From: Tubiluchus corallicola | Taxonomy: Eukaryota; Animalia; Priapulida | DNA length: 64,000 nucleotides | Assembly (NCBI GenBank): GCA_030141605.1 | Contig: JAQGDQ010000038.1 | Span: forward strand, 496,001 to 560,000 | Direction of reading: 5' to 3' | Translations under genes and position numbers: made by a program | In this document: piece by piece, positions 1 through 11,800 of the stretch | How positions within the stretch are numbered: the stretch's first letter is position 1 | How the letters are laid out: every line of letters starts with the position of its first letter | Notes under the pieces: model-generated | What the model saw: the letters and a program-made list of their open reading frames with translations, nothing else | Told to the model about the DNA's origin: nothing | Databases searched by the model: none

Positions 1-322
1 ATTGTCGACTTATGTGTCAAAATTGATTTTATGGTTAGAATTATATATAAATCTTGTTTTCCACTTTGCCTCCACAAATACACTGGAAGGATGCAACAAA
101 AATGTCTATAATTACTTGGGCACCTATTGTAACTTTTATTTCTAAAATTCAAAAACTTAAAAATGACCCGGACCTAATATGATGACGTCTCGATTCGCTC
201 AATCACAATAAACTTTCTCACATGGTTCATAACTTGGCATGTTTGATTTAACAGTACTAAAGTTACCTTACTCAGTTATATACAACATTAAGCCAGTAAT
301 TTTGTGCTACTGCTGGAATAGT

Positions 323-452
323 GCAATAATAATAATAATTATGCATGTACTACTAATAATAATAATGCAAGTAGTAGTAGCAGTAGTAATAAATAATACA
401 TAATACTAGTAGTAGTAGCAGCAGCAACAACAACAACAACAACAACAATAAC
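323..452. repeat. Compound trinucleotide microsatellite (AAT/AGT/AGC/AAC)n in an NDH-2 intron
   Basis: Visible runs aataataataat, agtagtagtagc, agcagcagc, aacaacaacaacaacaacaac. Confidence 0.85.
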
Positions 453-622
453 ACTGAAAAATTATACTGTAATGACAATCTTATAACAGCTTTAACCACA
501 AAGCAAACTTATTCACTTAGACTTCCTCGCAAGATTCAAGGAAATGTATATAAAATAAATCACACGCTGTAGCAAACTAAGTAAATTTACTGGTCTACAC
601 GAATTTAATACCTGTGTTATAC

Positions 623-3600
623 CTCCACTATAAAATCATATAGCTCTGCACCAAATTCAACACCAGTGGGCCCTCCTCCCACAATGACAGTGCTGAGAAG
701 TCTCTTCCTCTCAGCGGGATCAATCCCAGGCTCCAGGGCTAATTCAAAATTTTTCAAAATTCTGTTGCGTATTTCTCTGGCATCACTAACCTCCTATTCA
801 AATGCAAAACAAAAAATTAGTAATTCAGTAAACAAACATTTTCACATGGACATCGCTGGACATTCTGCATATAAGATATGCTGTTGTGTATTATATACCT
901 GTTGCCTAGTCAAGTACATTGCAGGTTTGTTCATTTATTGTAACTACCTGGATGTTTACAGTTGATGTGGATAAAATAAAATTAAGCATGTAACAAAAAG
1001 CCTTTCGTAAAAAATTACCTAAAACTTATTGTAAGAACATTAAGAAATCAGCTAATGCAAAATTATAAACCAGTAAATAATAATCAATTAACTGATAACT
1101 GATAACTCAAATCACCCAGTCACTCACAAATTTCACATACAGATAGAGTCTAACTGCACCTTTATCACATTAAATGCTTCAACAAGTCTCATTGAAATAT
1201 CTTTTTAGACTGTAATAATCTGCACATTCTGTCACACATAAAATGCACATTTTCTTATCAAACATTCGGTCTCTGGTAAGCAGTCAATAAGCTCTAAGTA
1301 TAAGTCTTTTTTACGAACAACAAGCATTTATCATAAGTTGTGCAAGCAGAGTTGGACAATTGAAAAGTTCACTCCAGAAATCTGAAGGCTTATTAGTGCA
1401 TCTCTTACAGCAAAAAACCTATTGTAATAACTTTCAATTAATTTTAGTTGTATGCTAGAAGTTAAAACTGATTTTTATTAATCATTCTACGATAGTTTAG
1501 GATTGATATTATAATTACTTTTAAAAACACAGCATACTTCTCAACGCCGGTTATACCAAAGCTGTTACTCATTGCGCCGACCCCAATAACCAGCTTATCA
1601 TACGGTATCTCATATTCAGATTCAGAAAGGACACTTTTACACTTGACCTTCTTGTTCGTCATATCAATCTCAGTAGCACTAGCAAGATGAAAATGGTCTG
1701 CATGCCGAAACCCGGTATTTCGAATAGGCTCGATTATAGACCTAAAACGAGTAAGCTAAAATGTAAACATTCACAAGGGCTTGTGAACACAATCATTACG
1801 AAGTATAAATGCAAAATAGCACAAAATCTTCTTTGTACAGATACGCTTCACAAGTTAAGACAAAGAAAAAGCTAATTAGAACAATAGTAGCCAAAATTCA
1901 AATAAGACAAGCAATTTTAACACATCTGACATTGTTACTATAATAACTAACATTTAAAAATACTTTATTACATGCAAATTTGCACAACATTTTGTTGAAT
2001 TGACTTTATCAAGGCTCAGTACTATATTACAGTCTATTTCCAATTATAGTTAAAAGTTTTGATATGACATCTGTAAGATTTGAAAATCTTAACTAGGCAA
2101 CACCAAGTGTAAAATTTTCCAAATCATATTTTGTATAGCAATAGCAATCATGACGTTATACAGTACTAGATTTTACGTCCTGTTTATGCGGTGCCATTTT
2201 GACACGCGAGTCAGACGTGAAAAATTCACCGAGTAAACTGTACGTACGATGGGATTTTATGGCTCATGCGACAGACGAATGCAAAAGATATGTTCTAGTT
2301 TCTTGCAACATTGTAAGCAGGATGCAAAAATCCTGCCAGTCAGGTAGGTGAGACTGGGTCATGTTCACCTTTAAGGAAAAAACAGTTTAACAACATGGTA
2401 ATTATAAACAGTAATGGATTGTGGGGTTTAGCTTTATTAATTGTTGAAATTTTTTTATATAAATTATTCAAAGGGATTAGAAAATTAGCACCATTTTGAT
2501 TTAAACCAATCACTTAAATCACAATTTAAAATAATGATGGTTTTTTACTGAAGCCAATTTTCATTTGGATGACACCAATTTACAATCAGAAAAATAGCTA
2601 CTCAGAAATTGGTGAAAGACTGAAACTGATTTCTATTTAATAATGATGGTTTTTTACTGAAGCCAATTTTCATTTGGATGACACCAATTTACAATCAGAA
2701 AAATAGCTACTCAGAAATTGGTGAAAGACTGAAACTGATTTCTATTTTAGGAAAGAAAATGTAGCTTTGCTACGGCAGTTCTTTTGTAACCTTTAAAACA
2801 TTCTCTACTACTTTGCCAGCCTATCTGCAAAGATAACACCGCCATAAGAAACACTAGGCAGATGGAGAATAAGTAAACAAATATAAATTTGACACTGCAA
2901 CAGCAGAGAGCAACACTATAAGACAAAAATTAAAAAATGAAAATCTTATTGTCAGTAAGAAGACTAATAGCAAAATTAGAAACTGAGAATGCCGAGTTTA
3001 TTTTATTAAAAAAAGAATAATAAAAAATCCTACTTTTGTTTTTTTACATCGCGACTTTTTCCAATCTTGTAATTCAAATCACGATAGGGCGATCACATCT
3101 GATGCCAAAGATCTGAAGGGTCAAAGACATGCATTTAGCAGCAGAAATTATTCTCTCATATTAGTTGAAGAAGTTCAGGTCTAATTGCTGGTATCACATT
3201 TTCAAGGAGTACAAGAAAAGACACTAAGACAATTTTCTGTAGTTGTTGACTCCATGGCAGCTTGCTGTAGCATGAGTCACCGCATCCAGGACGTACAAAC
3301 AAAATGCATCGTGTAAAACACATTCAACCTTGCGAAAAACGCACGTCTTGGACGTATGTCGAGGACGCACCGTGTAAACAGGTCCTTAGAGAAACAAACA
3401 TCGCGGCTATACGTAACAATTACTTTGTGACTATTACTATTATTTTTCACACAAAGTGCACCAAAAAAGATGCAAGTAATAGAATAAATCCATAATTACT
3501 AAATTTTTAAAACTAAATTTGACTAAAGGAAATGTGAAAAAGTCAGGCAGAGCCTGGATATGAACTACAACCGTTCAATAGCGTACACCACAAAAACCCT

Positions 3601-3971
3601 TGCACTACCTCTGGTGGTCGTGGTGTTGGATCGTAATCCCAATGGCCCTGGGCCAGATTCAGATTCAGTCCGAACTTTTTCACATTTTGGTCAAGTTTGA
3701 GTTATTGTAAATAATTTATTAAGTTTCAGCAAAATAAACACCTAAATTCCAATGTTCCCACAGTGGTACTGCATAACAGTGGAGTAAAGAGGAAGTGATT
3801 TCGTGGACTCACTACGATAACATCATAGAAACGTTTGTCAATATTTTTCAAGACACTGTAGCTACCCCATCCTGATCCAAGAATTACAAGCTGCTCTCGG
3901 CCAGTCTGATAGCTCCGGGCAAAACGAAGCAATTGTTGCAAAACTGGTACTTGACGACATGAACACTGCAT
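623..3971 (-). CDS. Type II / alternative NADH:ubiquinone oxidoreductase (NDH-2, Ndi1/NDA-like), mitochondrial; 5' part only (gene continues left of the window)
   Basis: Exons 3971-3742, 1741-1519 and 793-623 join in phase via GT-AG. The translation has the FAD motif [71 protein letters not shown], and the NADH motif [16 protein letters not shown]. The N-terminus is Arg-rich with no acidic residues (presequence-like). Confidence 0.93.
2176..3385. mobile_element. PIF/Harbinger-like non-autonomous element (MITE)
   Basis: Left end CGTCCTGTTTATGCGGTGC versus reverse complement of right end GGACCTGTTTACACGGTGC. TTA flanks both sides (2173-2175 and 3386-3388), matching a 3-bp TWA target-site duplication. 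Confidence 0.7.
2530..2747. repeat. Essentially perfect 109-bp tandem duplication
   Basis: aataatgatggttttttactgaagcc...gaaactgatttctattt occurs twice with a 109-nt offset. Confidence 0.9.
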
Positions 3972-4185
3972 GCTTCATAAAGCAATCAAGCCTGCTAACT
4001 CAGCACAAACATAACTCCAACTTCAGATCCTAGAAAATTCAATATATTAACATTTTATATTCTACACTAAATCGCAGTCAGTGATACATGTATGTGTATT
4101 GACTGTGATTTACTGTATACATTGAACTCCATCACGTCCGCCTATAATGGAAGCCTAACTATCTGAGCTCTCATAATAAAAACTA

Positions 4186-4739
4186 CCTTATATACTTATG
4201 TACAAGTCGAACGTTTGGGAGGTGATTTTAAGGTCAAATTTTTGGGGTCGACTTATACTTAAGATATGTTTTTGGGAGGTGTCGCTAAAGAGTCGTCTAC
4301 AATACGAATAGGTAAAGAAATAATCCTTCATTATATGCTGGACTGAATGAACACTCATACTGTGATACTTCACATCAGAGAATGCTCGCATCTTGACATT
4401 ACTTCACAAAATTACCAAAATTACGGTAATTTATTTTAATGTATGTGAAATTAAGTGTAAATAAACTAGCGACGGAGCACTCGATCAGAACATGGAAATC
4501 ACCAATCTTGTGCAGGTGCTGCCGCCTCTTGGCTTCCACAGGAAGTTTTAACCTGGCCTTGTATATGCGTGTTTTATTGGCAAAATATCGATTACCAGCA
4601 TACACGCATATATAAAACACTTCATCATTTACTCTGGAAGATCTTAATATTTTATGGTCGACTTGTACATAGGTAATACGTAAAATGATGCAATTTTTGG
4701 TCTTAAAATGCACATCGACTTGTACATAAGTATATACGT
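4186..4739. mobile_element. Tc1/mariner-type MITE
   Basis: TIRs CCTTATATACTTATGTACAAGTCGA and (rc) ACGTATATACTTATGTACAAGTCGA, with TA on both flanks. Internal copies of the gtcgactt(a/g)tac motif lie at about 4247 and 4657. Confidence 0.8.
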
Positions 4740-5060
4740 TACGTTACTGCTGGTACTGTCCGGCTTAGTACTATCAACAATTTCTTACTTTTGCTACAGT
4801 AAATACTTGCTTGATGACGGTAATGAATTCTAGCAAAATTGGAAATTCACATTATGAGAACGTCACAATAGTTATGGGTAATTCAGGGGCATCAAGAGAA
4901 CAATTTTCCATATTGAGGCTGATGTCTGTAATCAAAGTATCTATATTTAGATACTTAACTGTGATAAGCTAGAATTTACAAACCTAACGTGATTTAAGTA
5001 TTATCAATATTTAACCTAACAATTAGCTAACTAAAGAAAGAGAGAGTTGAAAGATAGCGA

Positions 5061-5120
5061 TATGACCAGGACTTGAACTCAAAACCTTACAATAAAAGGT
5101 CGCATGCTTTACCTTTTCAA
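5061..5120 (-). mobile_element. Possible tRNA-derived SINE head remnant
   Basis: The minus strand reads ...ggtaaagcatgcgaccttttattgtaaggttttGAGTTCAAGTCCtggtcat, giving a B-box-like motif at tRNA-like spacing. It does not fold as an intact tRNA. Confidence 0.35.
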
Positions 5121-5399
5121 TCAACAACTTACGTAGCAAAACAGTTCTGAATTTTCATAGTAAGTAGCATGCAGTCAAGATTGGCATTACAGTACAGTAA
5201 GAAAAAAATTCCATTCCTTGTACCTTGAGAAACTACCGTACCGTAGTTACATACCAAGTTCATGTAGCATTTAATACAGGAGTAGCATAAAAGTTAACTG
5301 TACATCTGATTAATTTACCAAATCTTATTATGAATGTATGCATACTATGCAAACCGAACTGTTGTTAAATACATAACTATGCAGGAAATATCAAAATTC

Positions 5400-5480
5400 T
5401 TATTAACCAGCAAGGTTTCACCTTCTGTAATTTCTAACTTCTATAGTCGGCAAGGTGAGGAAATACATACAAGAACGCTG
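5400..5480. promoter_or_regulatory. Probable bidirectional promoter / non-coding first exons of NDH-2 (-) and the zinc-finger gene (+)
   Basis: Minus-strand donor AAG|GTGAAA at 5422/5421 and plus-strand donor AAG|GTGAGG at 5454/5455. These pair with unmatched acceptors just upstream of both start codons (4030/4029 on minus, 5779/5780 on plus). Confidence 0.4.
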
Positions 5481-5830
5481 ACATGTTGGTTATTTGTAAA
5501 GTAAAGAGTGGGTGCTTATGGCTGTTATTAATTTTGTCAAATTATTAATTTTTTTCAAAAATTAAAATTGTTATTTTTTTGTCTGCGTATGTGTACTTGT
5601 TATTTTTTTGCACAATTATGTAATTTATTTTTTTACTTTTGTTTTTAATATTGACAACTACACTTGCCAAAAATCTGTTGGCGTCATCAATTTCTGCTGT
5701 GGTATACAGCACAAGTTCATTTTCGTCTTGAAAAAATAGAAAATTTTGTGATAGTTGGCATCACGGTACTTGTTTCTAGATTTCGATTGCTGGAAGCTAT
5801 AGTGCAAATGACTCTGTCGATCAAGCAAAT

Positions 5831-8800
5831 ATGGCTTTTATAGTACGTGAAGTGCATTTTTTGTAATTATAGATTAAGTTTAAGAGTAAGATTAAGTAAT
5901 CTAACTTTTTATCGTCTCTGCATGGTTTTACTTAACATATACCTGCAAACATAAAAACTTTATGTATAGTCAGTTCTTACTCACCTTCGTGGTGAGTAAA
6001 CCACGAAGATTTACAATATTAAACACTACAACATGTGCTAGGCTTCGCCGACAATAAAATGAGGGTATTATTAATGTCGTAGAAGACATGATCTTGATTG
6101 GATAGATTGGTATGGTTTATTTAAAGGCACCGATGTGATTTAGTGTTAGGATATTTCTTGTTATCAATCTGTTATCTCAAAGCATGTACCTGTTGTTTCA
6201 GTTAGATGTTCTAATGTTCAAATCCATGGAAAAAACTGAAGTTTGCTAATAAAACGAAAGACAACATTTGCTTATGACAAATTTATAAACAAACAAGCTT
6301 AACTTGAGCTGTTTATCAGTACTCAAAAAATTGATTCATTTCTGTAAATAATGCTCTGTGCAATGATGGTGAATTATGGACATAGACTAGTTCATGATAT
6401 TGCTACTACTGGAAGCAGCAAGAAATTTCTCCAACATTCTAAAATGTTTCATTGTCTCGAAGCCCCTATTTCTCGTATTTGAAATGCTTCTGATTGTTTA
6501 ATAATTTTACAGATGTATTTTCTGTTGCCAATTGTGTAAATGACCATTTCGCTTCAATCAGAAGATGTTGAATTACCTGTATGTTACAATGGTGCAACAA
6601 CAGTATTGAAGATATGTTTTTTTGCTATTGTTATTGGAATAGCATTTGGGTCTTTAAAACATTGGAAATCTCGTGGTGCAAATGGCATTTATTTAAAACA
6701 TTGTTCATCTCAGTTTGTATTACTACTTTATCTTGTTTTCAGAAGGTATTTAGATTCTGACAAACTTCCCTCTTCTTGGACTGATGCAAATGTCACTCTT
6801 CTTCCAACTTCCAATGGTTGTTAACACCACAAAATGTGTTGATTTGAGACCTATATCACAGTATATCACTTACATACGTTGTTGTAAACGTTTTAGAACA
6901 GCTAATTTGGCGTGATGTTTTGTGGCTTCTTTAAGTTAAACCTTTCTTTAAGTTAATGAAACATTTTCCGAGTTTCAACTTGGTTCGCTACTTGGCTGTT
7001 TATTTCTCTCTAATTTGCTTTCTTCTGTAAATAAATGGACTAAAACTTTTAATAAAGACTATGTTACGGGTACTGATATAATTTATTTTGATTTTTGTAA
7101 AGTATTTGATTTTATCCCTTTTAAAAAGCTATTGGGTAAATTAAAATTTTCTTGTCTTTGTGGTAGACTGTTATAAATGCTGATTTCATTAGTTTTTTAC
7201 AACCCATTGACAGTTTTTTCGATCTACCTGAACGATTTGACCGAAATTCACTTGACTTCAACTCTGCCAGCTACATTGGAACTATCCAGGAAGACATCTA
7301 GGTGATGCTAAAATAATCCCAAAAATGTGCTGTTGATCAGTATTCAACAGACAAGCTTGTGAGCTGTAAGACATTTGCGAGATCTGGAGGAGTCTCTACT
7401 CCATTGATACCCTCAAGACTACAGGCTGTGCAAGACGAGCAAAACTGCCACCCTAAATTAATTTTCAAAGATTAATTTATCCAGTATTGTATCCCAAAAT
7501 AAGATACATTTTTAAATCCATTTTACACCACGTTGCAGCTTATGTGATGCACTTCATAAAGCTAATGCTCAATTTAGGATATTTAGTACTACTTCCCCGA
7601 AAAAACCAATTTCATGAAAAGCTATACGAAAACGGGATTGGGCAATACGTCACGATACCATGCCCAACGTATTATTTTTCATTCTGGTTCATACCACAAT
7701 ATGAGTACTTTCACGATCGACATATTGGGAATGTTAAGCTCCCATAGTTTGCACAAGAGCATAGAAATAATGAAATCAAATTCCAACATTTTTTGTGCGA
7801 TAACCACCCCGGTTAAATACTAATATACACCAATTTGAACGTGCGCTGTACTGTACCTGCAGTTTTTGCACTACGTACACTTAGCCACAAAATTACAGTA
7901 AATTAATTTTGTGCTTATTTGTTAAAAAAGTAAGGGAAATGAAACACAGCATCAATTTGCAAGGCAGAATAGTTCTGCAATAAAAATAATTTTTCAAACT
8001 GCCAGAATTTAAGCATGACAGCACTGAGGATGCTGAATTCAAAGAATTGAAAGGGAGGTTGTTGTTAAAATTAAGAAGCTTTCTGTTTACTTCAAAATTC
8101 AGTCATTTGAGTTAAATAGTAAGGTATCTATTTGGAGTGATCTTGTGATGGACAGCATATGCCTTTACATTCTCTTGTTATTTTTCGCAAGAATAAAAGG
8201 TGATCAGAAAATTGTGTATTAGAAAATAACTATGTTATATTAGTCATGTATACATTTCAGGCTCATCCTAGTGTACGAATTTATGGCACAGAACATGACT
8301 ACGACCCAGTCAGCTGCATCGATCCTAATTGTCCGACGAAACTGCAACACTTGCATTGCCCATTTTGCCCTTATGCAGAGAAGTACACTGATCCAGTAAT
8401 TCTGAAGGCACACTATAGAGTAAAGCATGTGGACAAAGGCATTGTTTTTGCAGGTGCAGTATCTAAACTATACAAAAATAAAGTTGCTTGTTTACGATTG
8501 CGTTTTGATAAATATCAGATGAACAAGTATGTCGAATAAATATTTTATTTTGTGCAAAGCTTGTGACTTGATGCTCTTCTGCAAGAGAAATGGACCCATT
8601 AGACATTCTAGTGGTTTTTTAAATGGTAAAGGCTAAATAGGATTAACCAGTGTGCTGGTTGTGATATAAATGAAAATATTATACATGTATGGTGCCTCTT
8701 CTTTCTGAATAAAAGTGGTAGCTTTTCTTGTTTAGGTAGAGCTAACTGACTTGTTTTTTTAGTTTGATTAGTGTAAAAAACTAGAGAAAGCAAGACTGCA

Positions 8801-11800
8801 AAATTTGAATTTTCTTTCCTGTCTTAAATAAAAACAGCATGAATATGAATAAGAGTAACATGTTTTTATCAATACCATTTTTAAGCCATTTAAATTCATT
8901 GTGTAGACAGTTATTGTGACGTCAGTTCTAATTCTGCATACTCTAACAATTAGTTTACATTTTTGGTTGCTAATTAAAAAACAATGTGCACAACACATTA
9001 AAGAATCAATTTGAATCAATTTAATTTAATGAACTCATGTTAAATGAGCATATCATGCACTTGCAAAAATGAGGTTTTCCAGAATTACAGCTCTATTCAT
9101 AGTAGTTGGTTTTGCAAGCTTATCAATTAGCAGTCAGTTCTTACTTTAACTAAATTGCACTAAGTTCGTACTTAGAAAATAATATTGAAGCCTTTTTCTC
9201 ATTAGTGCACACATTTACACACATTTTCTTTTTGCACTTATTGGTTTAATATCAGAACTTGAGAAGATGACATGACATATCAATAGCAGACAGGCTAATA
9301 TGTACGTCTGCTTAAAGTTTTGGTGCTGCAATTTCACAACCTATTGAGATTGCTATTTAAAGTGGGTTCTCTTTATTTGCGAGTGCTAAATGGTAAGATT
9401 TTGAGAAAATTCAAGTGATTTAATCACTAGGCTACATTTATTTCAGGTTTAAAAGTAGTCCGTTGTTGTAGAGAGTGTGATATAGTTGGTGCAATAAAGG
9501 GTGAGAAGCATTTCCGAGGAGCTCACTGGCATTGCTATCGCTGTCGGAATGGTTTTAATCGCCGGGACGAAGCCATCAAACATTACAAAACACATTTTCG
9601 TAACCCGCAAACTACATTCCAGATTCAAATAGCACAAGTAAATTTTGCTGAGATTTTTTACTGCAATATTTAAAAGTTTAAAGTTGCATTTGTCTTTAGT
9701 CTTGAAAACATTTAAATATTTGCAGTTTATTTAAATATAAATAAGTGCCAACTACATATGATTGTATATATTTATTCTATCAAATGCATAATATACATGT
9801 TTATACATATTACTCAGTTACACATTATGTATCGGTTGAATGGGCCTCTTGAAGACATGTGTGGCTTGTATCTGCCACACAACAAGCCCAACTCAGCCAG
9901 TTCATTGTTAAGATTTCACATTATTTGTATGGAAGCATCTAGAAATCTAATATTAAAATATCTATATTTCAAATACATGTTAACATTTTTTAGTCTAGAT
10001 GGATGCAAAAAATGCATATTTTAAAAAAGCTATTCGTGTAGAAACTAATACAGAATTCTTCTTTGTGTGTCTAGATGACCTGTTGCCATTCCCTACTCTT
10101 ACTGCTTCTGTCTTTATTCAAAAAAAAGGTTCTGAAACTGCTTTCCATTCTCATCCTTTTATGTACTTTGTGTTTAAGTCTCCTTGACTGCTGAGGCAAT
10201 ATAGCCAATCCATATTCCATATTGCTGCAGTAAAAGTTCGGTTGTAATACTTAGCAAAAGTTAATTTGAAAAAAAATCAGAATTAGTTCTTTAACTGGAG
10301 CATGTTCCTCCAGGTGCTCATCCAATGCTTTTAGTACTAAATCATTCTTATCAATTATGCATGACATGACAGCAGGCAATAGGATGTTATACTTAGCTTT
10401 CAACAATGAGTAAGAGTTCCTCACAGTTTTTTCCATGAATTTCAGGACGTTAATCAAGTCCTGCATCAGCCGGTTCATCGCACAAAGTCTGCTTCTCTTT
10501 CTGGTCAGATCGATAATTCACTTGCAAGAACAGATGATTGGGTGTCCACTGGAAAATTGGGTCAAACTCAGATATGTAACTATCAGTTTCAGTTATTCGT
10601 TAGTTGATTCATTACAAAGAGTTAATGTGCTGTTCATTGTGCACTGTTGTAATCAAAATATATGTGCAATTTTTAATGCATTAATTTTCAACTTTTTCAT
10701 TATCTACACAAGCAAACCTGGAGACAAAATAACATAGTTTATTCAATCCACAAACTGGGCAGGGATTTGGTGCTCCTTTATTCCCACAAGTCAGGTAACA
10801 ACTGTCCTTACCAAGAAGAGGGGTATTTCAAGCTAGTAGTCATATAATGGTAGGCTTATTGAGTAGCCGCTGTTAATTTTAAAACACAAGCCAAGCCTTT
10901 TGTGAGACACTTAAATCTGTCATTTTGCATATTGTTTCTTGTCGATTAGAATCCTCTTTGAAGGATTTTCTTTTGTAATATCCCAGTATAGTTGTGTTTA
11001 ATGTTATTCATTGCAGATGTGTTAAACAATGACAACAGCCTCGTTGATGGCACGGAGGATAACTGCGTGACACCAGATATTGTTGCTGCCACTGAAATTG
11101 TGGACACTTCACATACGTACACAATGAACACCTCCCAACCCTATGCCTTCACTCCAGACGTAGAAGCTGATGCAGATATTGTAGAGGATACAGCTGAAAT
11201 GCCTGATGAGTTTAGTGCAACACTAGATGCTGAAGAAACGCAAGCATCAGAGTATATAAGTCCAGAGGTAAGCCGGCATCTGTGAGTATGTTTCGGCCAG
11301 CAATGCTGAGTATGACAACACTGGAGTATTTCCGGTACCGAATTGCCAATAAGGTTTATGCAAGTGAATTTTAACATTGAAGGCAGTGTGACATGGAAGT
11401 GTTAGATCTAGGTTAAAACGACTTCCAACAATAAAAACTACATTTATACCAAATGGGTTATATTTGTTGTTGTCTTCTGCAAATTAATAATGCCAACTTC
11501 TGTAATCATTAAGGAACTAATGAATATACGTGAAGCATGTTTGCTAGCATCTCCAGTAAAAACAAATTGATAATACTATCTGACCATTGATATAGGATTA
11601 TGAATACAGTCCTGTACACCTTATAGATGCTCTGACAACAAAGAGTTTTCTAATTTTTTTACAATTACAAATAACATGATGTGCTGATGGCTTTCTTTTT
11701 CCTCTTAAACAGTACTTTGTACACCTTAATGGTTGTTTGGCCTATTTTTGAACACTTTGCAGTTTGTCAACCAGAATGCAGATAAAATTAGTTACCAAAA

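Noticed and set aside
5061-5120. tRNA gene
   Set aside because: Only a B-box-like motif is present. No intact acceptor or anticodon stems, so it is at most a SINE remnant.
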